A stretch of 42,229 bases of DNA from Acidimicrobiales bacterium (lineage in GTDB: Bacteria; Actinomycetota; Acidimicrobiia; Acidimicrobiales; JAJPHE01). Shown piece by piece: positions 35,598 to 42,229 of this stretch. The DNA lies in NCBI GenBank assembly GCA_035533195.1, contig DATLUK010000345.1, positions 1 to 42,229 of the forward strand. The letters run 5' to 3'. The number at the start of each line of letters is the position of its first letter. The first letter of the stretch is position 1. Under the pieces are notes generated by a model. That model did no database searches. It had not been told where the DNA came from and saw only the letters and a program-made list of their open reading frames with translations. The position numbers and the translations under genes are program-made.

Positions 35598-37202
35598 TCA
35601 GGGGTCGATGAGTACGCCCGGGTTGATGATCCCGGCTGGATCGAGGGTGGCCTTGGCCGCCCGCAGCGTCCGGGCGAACAACTCGGGGCGCTGGCGGTCG
35701 TACCAGGGCCGGTGATCCCGGCCGACAGCGTGGTGGTGGGTGATGGTCCCGCCGTTGGCCAGGATGGCCTCGGAGGCGGCGGCCTTGATCTCGTCCCACT
35801 GGCTGATCTCCGAGCCGGGCCGCCCGGGCCCGAGGACGCTGAAGTAGGGGGCGGGGCCGTCGGGATAGACGTGGGTGAAGCGACAGGTGATCCAGCCATC
35901 GCCACAGACCTCACCGAGGGCTTTGGTCACCGCCTCGGTGACTCCGGCGTGCAGGGCGTCGAAACGGTCCCAGGTGCAGGCGGTCTCGAAGGTCTCCACG
36001 ATCGTGGACATGGCCACCAGGGCGTCCCGTCCGTAGGGGGCGCGGATGAAGGCGTTGCGCCAGGCGCCCACGGCGTCGCCGGCTGCGGGTGGCGTATCGG
36101 CGGCGGGGCCGGAGGACCGGGGCCCGTCAGGACAGGCGCCTCCGTGATCGGCGCACAACTCGATGGCCCGGGCCATGGGCCACTCCACGGGGTGGTCGGC
36201 GGATTCGAAGCCCAGTACCAGGAGGTTGACGCCGCCCCCGGTGCCGGCCGACATGGCCGCCTCGGTCTCGTCCAGCAGCCGGCAGTTGGTGGGGTCCAGG
36301 CCGGCCTGAACCACGGCCCGGGTGGCGACCACCGCATCGGCGTAGCGGGCGAAATGTACGGCGGCCGAGGCCCGCCACTGCGGCCGGTCCTGCAGGCGCA
36401 TCCAGGCCTCGGTGATGACCCCGAGGATTCCCTCGGAGCCGAGCAGCAACCGGTCGGGGGAAGGCCCGGCCCCGGAGCCGGGCAGCCGGCGGGACTCGTA
36501 GACCCCGGCGGGGGTGACGGCCCGGATCGACTCGGTGAAGTCATCGATGTGGGTGCGGGCGGTGGCGTAGTGCCCCCCGGAGCGGGTGGCCAGCCAGCCG
36601 CCCAGGCTGGAGAACTCGAAGGACTGCGGGAAGTGGCGCAAAGTCAGGCCCTGGGGCCGGAGGACGTCCTCCAGGGCCGGGCCCAGGATGCCGGCCTGGA
36701 TGCGGGCGGCCCGGGACGTCCTGTCCACTTCCAGCACCTGGTCCAGCCGGCCCAGGTCCATCGACACCACCCCGGCGTGGCCCTGGTCGGGGCACTCGAC
36801 ACCACCGACGACCGAGGAGCCTCCGCCGTAGGGGACGACCAGGACATCGGCTGAAGTGGCCCAGTCGAGGAGGGCGGAGACGGTCGATTCGTCGGGAGGG
36901 AAGGCGACCAGGTCCGGGGGATGGTCGAGCTGACCCCGGAAGCCCCTGACCACATCCCGGTAGGACTTTCCGTAGGTGTGCCCGGCCCGGTCGTAGACGG
37001 CGTCGGAGAAGGCCGCGGCCAGTGCCGCCGGGGGCTGCACGCGGGGACGGGGGAGATCGAGATCCTCGAGACGGGCCGGCCGGGCTACGTCGAAATCGCG
37101 ACCGGGGAAGCGGGCGCGGAAGCCGGCCGCCATCGACTGCATCTGGCGCTCGTCGGGTCCGACGCCCTCGTTGCCCCAGCCCCACCATGACCGCCTTGCC
37201 AT
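35598..37202 (-). CDS. FAD-linked oxidase homologous to alkyldihydroxyacetonephosphate synthase (AGPS)
   Basis: ATG 37202 gives MARRSWWGWGNEG.... AGPS blocks follow: YGKSYRDVVRG, PYGGGSSVVGG, HFPQSFEFSSLGGWLATRSGG, GSEGILGVITEAW, ETFETACTWDRF, CRFTHVYPDGPAPYF and ILANGGTITHHHAVG (the His-His-His loop). The track ORF extends to 38072, but that extension overlaps the amidase gene and is rejected. Confidence 0.82.
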   Translation of the reverse strand: MARRSWWGWGNEGVGPDERQMQSMAAGFRARFPGRDFDVARPARLEDLDLPRPRVQPPAALAAAFSDAVYDRAGHTYGKSYRDVVRGFRGQLDHPPDLVAFPPDESTVSALLDWATSADVLVVPYGGGSSVVGGVECPDQGHAGVVSMDLGRLDQVLEVDRTSRAARIQAGILGPALEDVLRPQGLTLRHFPQSFEFSSLGGWLATRSGGHYATARTHIDDFTESIRAVTPAGVYESRRLPGSGAGPSPDRLLLGSEGILGVITEAWMRLQDRPQWRASAAVHFARYADAVVATRAVVQAGLDPTNCRLLDETEAAMSAGTGGGVNLLVLGFESADHPVEWPMARAIELCADHGGACPDGPRSSGPAADTPPAAGDAVGAWRNAFIRAPYGRDALVAMSTIVETFETACTWDRFDALHAGVTEAVTKALGEVCGDGWITCRFTHVYPDGPAPYFSVLGPGRPGSEISQWDEIKAAASEAILANGGTITHHHAVGRDHRPWYDRQRPELFARTLRAAKATLDPAGIINPGVLIDP

Positions 37203-37269
37203 GAACGGGAGGGTATCCCCGAACAGCCGGCCCGACCCGGTGACGTCCAACCTGCATAGGCTCGCCCGA

Positions 37270-38673
37270 ATGGACTTTCGTAAGGAGACCCTGGCCGGCC
37301 TCGCTGCCCAGGTCCGATCCCGTTCCGTGTCGGCCCGGGAGCTCACCCAGGCGGCCCTGGACCGCATCGAAGAGCTCAACGACCGCATCAACGCCTTCGT
37401 GTCGGTGGACCCCGAAGGAGCCCTGGCCGCCGCCGCGGACATCGATGAGCGGGTGGCCCGGGACGAGGAGGTGGGCGAACTGGCCGGCATCCCCATCGGG
37501 GTCAAGGACCTGGAGGACGCCAAGGGCCTGGTGACCACCAGGGGCTCGGCGGCGTTCTGCGACGCGGGCCCGGCCCGGTCCGACTCGGTCCTCGTGAGCC
37601 GGCTGCGGGCGGCCGGCTGCGTGGTGGTGGGCAAGACCAACACCCCGGAGCTGGGCTGGAAGGGCGACACCGACAACATGGTCTTCGGGGCGACCCGCAA
37701 CCCATGGCGCACGGAGAACAGCCCGGGGGGCTCATCGGGAGGGACGGGGGCGGCGCTGGCCGCCGGGATGATCCCTCTCGGCACCGGCTCGGACGGCGGC
37801 GGCTCCATTCGCATCCCCGCCTCCGCCTGCGGCCTGTCGGGGTTCAAGCCTTCGCTCGGCCGGGTGCCATCCGGGGGCAAGACGCCACCCGGTTGGGGCC
37901 AGCTGTCGACCAAGGGCCCTATGGCCAGGACGGTGGCCGACACCGCGCTGGCCCTGGACGCCGTCATCGGGCCTGACCCGACCGACCTCAACTCTCTGCC
38001 GATGCCGGAACCATCCTGGCTGGGGGCGATCGAGGATGCGCATCTCCCCGCCAAGGTGGTCTGGTCTCCCACCCTCGGTTACGCCGAGGTCGACCCCGAG
38101 GTGCTCGACATCTGTGGCCGGGCCCTCAACATGGTGGCGGACCTGGGGGCCGAGGTGGTCCAGATGGACACGGTCTTCGAGGAGGATCCGGTCGGGTCCT
38201 GGCTGGTCCTCGTGACGGCGGGCAACATCCGTACCCTGGAGCCGTTCCGGGGCACGGAAGTGTGGTCCCGGATCGACCCGGGACTGGTGGAGCAGATGGA
38301 ATGGGGCTCACGCTTGACTGGCGCCGATGTCATCCGGGCCCAGGATGCCTGCCACGCTCTCAACCTCGACCTGGTCGAGATCTTCCATCAGGCCCGGCTG
38401 CTCATCACCCCGACCATGGCCGCCGCCCCCCCGATCAGCGGGGAAGTCGGGACCATCGGAGGGCGCCCGGATCCCAACTGGGTCCGCTTCACCTACCCGT
38501 TCAACATGACCCGGTCACCGGCGGCCACGGTCTGCTGCGGCTTCACCGCCAGGGGCCTGCCCGTGGGCCTGCAGATAGTGGGTCCCCAGCACGCCGACCT
38601 GGTCGTCCTCCGGGCCGCTGCCGCTCTGGAGCGCGCCCTGGATCTCGACGCGGTGGCCCCGGTCGACAACTGA
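37270..38673 (+). CDS. Amidase (amidase-signature family)
   Basis: GIPIGVKD, GKTNTPELG, SPGGSSGGTGAALAAG and GTGSDGGGSIRIPAS signature blocks are present. ATG 37270 lies divergent from the AGPS-like gene. Confidence 0.92.
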   Translation: MDFRKETLAGLAAQVRSRSVSARELTQAALDRIEELNDRINAFVSVDPEGALAAAADIDERVARDEEVGELAGIPIGVKDLEDAKGLVTTRGSAAFCDAGPARSDSVLVSRLRAAGCVVVGKTNTPELGWKGDTDNMVFGATRNPWRTENSPGGSSGGTGAALAAGMIPLGTGSDGGGSIRIPASACGLSGFKPSLGRVPSGGKTPPGWGQLSTKGPMARTVADTALALDAVIGPDPTDLNSLPMPEPSWLGAIEDAHLPAKVVWSPTLGYAEVDPEVLDICGRALNMVADLGAEVVQMDTVFEEDPVGSWLVLVTAGNIRTLEPFRGTEVWSRIDPGLVEQMEWGSRLTGADVIRAQDACHALNLDLVEIFHQARLLITPTMAAAPPISGEVGTIGGRPDPNWVRFTYPFNMTRSPAATVCCGFTARGLPVGLQIVGPQHADLVVLRAAAALERALDLDAVAPVDN

Positions 38674-38690
38674 ACGGCAGGGCCGGAGGC

Positions 38691-40247
38691 TCACGCAGAT
38701 GGGTGCGCCCGGGGCAGGGAGACGGTCACCGTGGTCCCAGTGCCAAGGGAGCTCTGCACGTCGAGGGTGCCCTGGTTGGCGCTGACGAGCCGCCTTGTGA
38801 CCGCCAGACCAAGCCCTATGCCCCGGGATTTGGTGGTAAAGAACGGCTCGAACAGTTGGGAGCGCGTCTCAGCACTCATCCCAGAACCATCATCGGCCAC
38901 GGTCATCGTCACCTGACCATTGCGTCCTGCCACTTCCAGTGCCACGCTCCCACCGCTGGCGGGAAGGGCGTCATAGGCGTTGCTCAACAAGTTGAGGAGG
39001 GTCTGCTTGGTCTGGTCCCGGTCACACAGTGCGATCGGCGCCGGATCGGGTGGCTTCCAGATCACGTCCACCCCGTGTGGGGGTGGGCTCGACTCCAGAA
39101 CCTCGTTCATCAGCGCTCCCAAATCCACCGATGTCGGAATGGGACGACGGTCCCGCGACCAATCGAGGAGGTCAGCGACGATCAGGGTGGCGGCGGTCAC
39201 CTCACGATTAGCCGTGGCGACCTGGCGGGTGATCCCGTCGTCGGCGATGCCAGCCTTGGCCAATCGCTGACCGATCAGATAGAGGCTGTTGGAGATGACC
39301 GCGATGGGATTGCGGAGCTCGTGTCCGACACTGGCCGCCAAGACACCGACCGCCGCCAGGCGCTCGGATTGAACCAGCTGTTCGTGAGATTCGCTCAACT
39401 CGGCCGTGCGCTGATCCACCAGAGTCAGGGCGTAGTCGCGCCGGCGGGCCAGCACCTCGAGCACGGCAGCGGCCAGAAGAGCCGAGACCATGCCGCCGGC
39501 CAGGAGCAGCCAGGGCACCGCCGCTGGGAAGGAGCCGGCCAGGGGTCGAGTCGCCTGAGCCACCAGGGTCCACTGAGCGGCTCCTGCCGCCAGAGAGAGG
39601 GTGTACAGCGACCCGATGGCGGAGCCGTCACCTGCCTTGACCACCTGCGCGCTGGGGGACGGGGTGCCGCTTGCGTACAGAGTCACCTGCAGGTCGGCGA
39701 GGGAGGCGCTCAAAGGGGAGAGAACGGGATCGGCCGGGTCGATGGCATCCTCCTGGTAAACAACCAGGCTGCCCTGGTCGGGCGGCAGCGCCAGGGCGAA
39801 GCCGATCCGGCGTCGGTACCCGTCGTGCAGCACCGTGGTGACCATGTCCGGCTCGGCAAAGGCGTGCCGGAGCAGGGCGAGGCGCTCGGGGCTCAAGGAC
39901 GGGCTGAGCGAGGTGGAGTCCCCGACCACGGCCTTGGCCGAAAATCCGCCGTCGGTGCGAGAAATGAGGCCAACGGTGCGGACCAGTCCGGTCAACAGAG
40001 GAGCCGCCGCGGCCAGAAAGGCACTGCTGGCCTGAGGGAGGGGCGCGAGGGTGCCGAGAGAGTGCAGGCCGGCGTCGATGGATGTCACCGAGCTTCTGAG
40101 CTCGGCGCCGGCCTCGATGGAGCGCTCAACCAGCAGGCGATTCTCCTCTTGGGCCACAACGCGCCGGGCCAACCCGAAGGTGGACACGGCCACCAGGGTG
40201 AAGGCCAGAAAGACGACCAAGGATGTGCGCCCGGGCCAGATCCTCAT
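38691..40247 (-). CDS. Sensor histidine kinase (two TM segments, ~240-aa extracytoplasmic domain, HisKA + HATPase_c)
   Basis: H-box SVGHELRNPIAVI, N-box LLNLLSNAYDAL, and DDGSGM and GIGLGLAV boxes are present. ATG 40247 overlaps the stop codon of the upstream binding-protein gene (ATGA). The 30 codons upstream in the track ORF are rejected. Confidence 0.9.
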   Translation of the reverse strand: MRIWPGRTSLVVFLAFTLVAVSTFGLARRVVAQEENRLLVERSIEAGAELRSSVTSIDAGLHSLGTLAPLPQASSAFLAAAAPLLTGLVRTVGLISRTDGGFSAKAVVGDSTSLSPSLSPERLALLRHAFAEPDMVTTVLHDGYRRRIGFALALPPDQGSLVVYQEDAIDPADPVLSPLSASLADLQVTLYASGTPSPSAQVVKAGDGSAIGSLYTLSLAAGAAQWTLVAQATRPLAGSFPAAVPWLLLAGGMVSALLAAAVLEVLARRRDYALTLVDQRTAELSESHEQLVQSERLAAVGVLAASVGHELRNPIAVISNSLYLIGQRLAKAGIADDGITRQVATANREVTAATLIVADLLDWSRDRRPIPTSVDLGALMNEVLESSPPPHGVDVIWKPPDPAPIALCDRDQTKQTLLNLLSNAYDALPASGGSVALEVAGRNGQVTMTVADDGSGMSAETRSQLFEPFFTTKSRGIGLGLAVTRRLVSANQGTLDVQSSLGTGTTVTVSLPRAHPSA

Positions 40248-41497
40248 CGGGACCGGGCCCGGAAGAGGGTTCCGCAGAACGGCTGGGGCCCGGATGGGGT
40301 GAACCCACCAGGGTGTATCTCCAGTTCCCAGTAGCACAGAGGCATCTGCCCGAACTCGGCCGCAAAACTGGTGGGAGGAAGCAGCCCGTCAGCCGTGTAG
40401 TCCTTCACCTTCCGCAAGCTGGAGATGAACGCCCTGCGGGTCGGACAGCCGACGCCAGAGGCCTCGAGTCCCCGGATGAAGGCGTCGGCCGATAACCATC
40501 CGACCATGGCCAGCTGTCCGGGAAAAGCGGTGGGCGCCACCGCGGCCAACTCCGCCTTGAACTCCTGATGAGCGGGGACGGGTAACTCGAAGGGCCGCCA
40601 ATCCAGGGCGACGTACGCCCCGGAGAGCAAGGCGCCGTCGGCAGCGGCCAGGCGAGTGTCGTAGCCCGCCGGCAGCATGCCGACCTTGAAGTGCAGTCCA
40701 ATGGCCGCGGCCGTCTTGTAGAGGTCGATGTTGCTTAGGGTGGCCATGGCGGGGACCACGGTGTCCACGCCGGCCCGGCGCATGGCCTGGGCGTCGAAGG
40801 AATAGTCGGTCTGGCCCAACGGCTCGTCAAGGTTCTCGTAGGCCAAGGTGAGCCCGAAGGCGGGGAGTGTCTCGATGATCTGCCGGGCGAAGTTGACGCT
40901 GGCAGTGGCTCCGCCGGCCAGAACGGCCACCCGTTGGCCGTGGCGGGCCCGGATGAAAGCGGCCACCGTGGTGGTCGGCTCGCCCTGCGGGTTCGGTGAC
41001 GTGCTGTAGCGGTAGCCGAACATATTGAGGTACCGGCCCCAGGCTGGTGTGATGCCCCAGCCGGTGACCGGGATGCCCAGCCGGTGGAGATAGGCGGCGC
41101 TTCCGTCACTGTTGGTGGAGGCCTCGATGATGCCGAACACGTGGGCGGCGGAGGTCAGGTACTGGGCGGCGGACAGGTTCTCGAGGTCCCCGTCCCCATC
41201 ATCCGCGGCCACCAGTTCGAGCTGCCGGCCCGCTATTCCGCCGCTCTGGTTCTGGGCCCGGAAGCGGGCCAGGATCCCGCTTCCCACGGCGGAGAAGAAA
41301 GGCCCCTGGGGACCTGTCGTGGGAAAGATGGCGCCAATCTTGACGGTGGTCCCGGTTATTCCGGGAGCGGACTGGGTGCAGCCCAGGCCGCTGGCGGCCG
41401 CACTGCCGGAGGGGGTGGGCCCGGCACACCCACTGAGCAGAGCCGCCCCGAGGCCAACCACCCAGAGTGCTGCGCCCGCCCGGTAGGAACTGCCCAA
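40244..41497 (-). CDS. Periplasmic/lipoprotein solute-binding protein, branched-chain amino acid (LivJ/Peripla_BP_6)-type
   Basis: TTG 41497 follows AGGAGAGACGCTT. Signal peptide with lipobox LLSGC-AG. A type-I PBP-like sequence follows (VKIGAIFPTTGP..., LVAADDGGD...). Confidence 0.85.
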   Translation of the reverse strand: MGSSYRAGAALWVVGLGAALLSGCAGPTPSGSAAASGLGCTQSAPGITGTTVKIGAIFPTTGPQGPFFSAVGSGILARFRAQNQSGGIAGRQLELVAADDGDGDLENLSAAQYLTSAAHVFGIIEASTNSDGSAAYLHRLGIPVTGWGITPAWGRYLNMFGYRYSTSPNPQGEPTTTVAAFIRARHGQRVAVLAGGATASVNFARQIIETLPAFGLTLAYENLDEPLGQTDYSFDAQAMRRAGVDTVVPAMATLSNIDLYKTAAAIGLHFKVGMLPAGYDTRLAAADGALLSGAYVALDWRPFELPVPAHQEFKAELAAVAPTAFPGQLAMVGWLSADAFIRGLEASGVGCPTRRAFISSLRKVKDYTADGLLPPTSFAAEFGQMPLCYWELEIHPGGFTPSGPQPFCGTLFRARSR

Positions 41498-41577
41498 AAG
41501 CGTCTCTCCTATTCACGCGAATCTCGACCGACTGTCGCTACGGGGAGTCTCGGCGGGGCCTGAGCACCACGACCAAG

Positions 41578-41606
41578 CATTGACAGGGAGGGCCGGATCG
41601 TCAATG
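41578..41606. promoter_or_regulatory. 7-bp inverted repeat CATTGAC-N15-GTCAATG upstream of the binding-protein/kinase operon
   Basis: Read directly from the sequence. It lies ~80-110 nt upstream of the TTG start at 41497. Its function is unknown. Confidence 0.2.
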
Positions 41607-42059
41607 GCCCGAATTAGTCAGTTACCGGCCCGGTTGGGTCCGGTCAGCCCCGCGGCTTACAGCAGGGTCAGGCGAAGCGTCTTCGAAGTACTCGGCGGGC
41701 GTGACCCCGGTGAGCCGCATAGTGTCGCGGCGGTGACCGAGGTCCAGGTGGACGACCACGGCCGGCCCGAGCCGCCCCTGGAATCACACCGTCTTGAAGC
41801 CGAAGGCGACGTAGGAGGCTCGGGCTGACTCATCGATCGGATCGACCCACCCCCTCGTCGGCGACGAGCACACGCGCACTCAGTCGGCCCGGTTGAGCTT
41901 CCGTGCCCGCCGCGCCTGGGCCACCAGGGCCTTGGGTGGGTGCGGTGGGCCGTCGAGCGCGTCGTCCGAGGCACATTAGGAATGCGCTGTTGGAGCGCTC
42001 GGCTAGCGTGGTGTAGCTTCCCTGAACGGGTGAAATCCCTAGTCAGAGCACGTTTTCTT

Positions 42060-42133
42060 GGGCGTATGGCTCAGTTGGTTAGAGCGCAGCCTTCACACGG
42101 CTGAGGTCACAGGTTCGAGTCCTGTTACGCCCA
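42060..42133 (+). tRNA. tRNA-Val (anticodon CAC)
   Basis: The 74 nt fold as a perfect cloverleaf: GGGCGTA / GCTC-AGTTGGTTA-GAGC / CAGCC-TTCACAC-GGCTG / AGGTC / ACAGG-TTCGAGT-CCTGT / TACGCCC-A. CCA is not fully encoded. Confidence 0.97.
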
Positions 42134-42229
42134 CCGGGCCTGGGAACATCCTCGATTGGCTTCAGCAGTCGACGGCCGCCCTGAGGGCTCTGCATGCCTC
42201 CAATAGACGGATGGGGTCGAGGGCAGTCA

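Noticed and set aside
37203-38072. 290-codon N-terminal extension of the AGPS-like ORF (track ORF 35598-38072)
   Set aside because: The extension is low-complexity Ser/Ala/Arg/Pro-rich and lies antisense to the well-supported amidase gene. AGPS homology begins exactly at the ATG at 37202 (MARRSWWGWG).
38262-40334. 690-aa plus-strand ORF
   Set aside because: It is antisense to the histidine kinase, which has H, N and G boxes. It has no motifs and a Gly/Arg-rich composition.
40248-40337. Upstream 30 codons of the histidine-kinase ORF (GTG 40337)
   Set aside because: They would overlap the binding-protein gene by 94 nt. The ATG at 40247 gives the ATGA stop/start overlap and a normal N-terminus (MRIWPGRTSLVVFLAF...).
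41657-41974. 105-aa minus-strand ORF (also 41580-41828 on the plus strand)
   Set aside because: It is Arg/Pro/Ser-rich with no motif and no RBS. The region looks non-coding or decayed.

Overview
High-GC, densely coding segment whose gene content looks Actinomycetota-like (murT-gatD, a SigJ-type ECF sigma remnant, DUF1918, an Ala/Lys/Pro histone-like tail). I call about 36 coding regions, one complete tRNA-Val(CAC) at 42060-42133, and an orphan tRNA 3' half at 104-141.

The left ~7.6 kb looks accessory and partly decaying. It holds an RHH plus small P-loop kinase pair, a truncated and frameshifted ECF sigma gene, and an orphan REC response regulator. It also holds an intact GGDEF cyclase, a frameshifted GAF-GGDEF-EAL gene with degenerate motifs, a frameshifted membrane gene, and an internally deleted P450 whose ferredoxin partner is intact.

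The middle carries core and ordinary genes. These are an S9 peptidase, patatin, typA, a DUF2520 protein, a DUF1918 protein with an AKKAP-repeat tail, and PAS plus acyl-CoA dehydrogenase. They continue with MFS plus MBL hydrolase, an acyl-CoA ligase, LysR, a HAD-IB/PlsC fusion, murT-gatD, and GntR with a mitochondrial-type aconitase.

The most interesting part is a six-gene minus-strand operon at 28728-37202, translationally coupled at three junctions. It combines a clear alkyl-DHAP-synthase (AGPS) homologue, a small membrane protein, a fatty-acyl-reductase/HAD-IB fusion, a Zn alcohol dehydrogenase, a LarA-like (nickel-pincer type) protein and a PlsC acyltransferase. I interpret it as a candidate, uncharacterised AGPS-type ether-lipid or modified glycerolipid pathway.

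Other points worth a second look: three short tandem-repeat arrays in intergenic gaps (20708-20771, 23149-23223, 28660-28725), a ~100-nt low-GC island in a convergent gap (28519-28617), and an ATGA-coupled solute-binding protein plus orphan histidine kinase. No CRISPR array, rRNA or intact mobile element was seen. Many long antisense ORFs in the track are high-GC artefacts.
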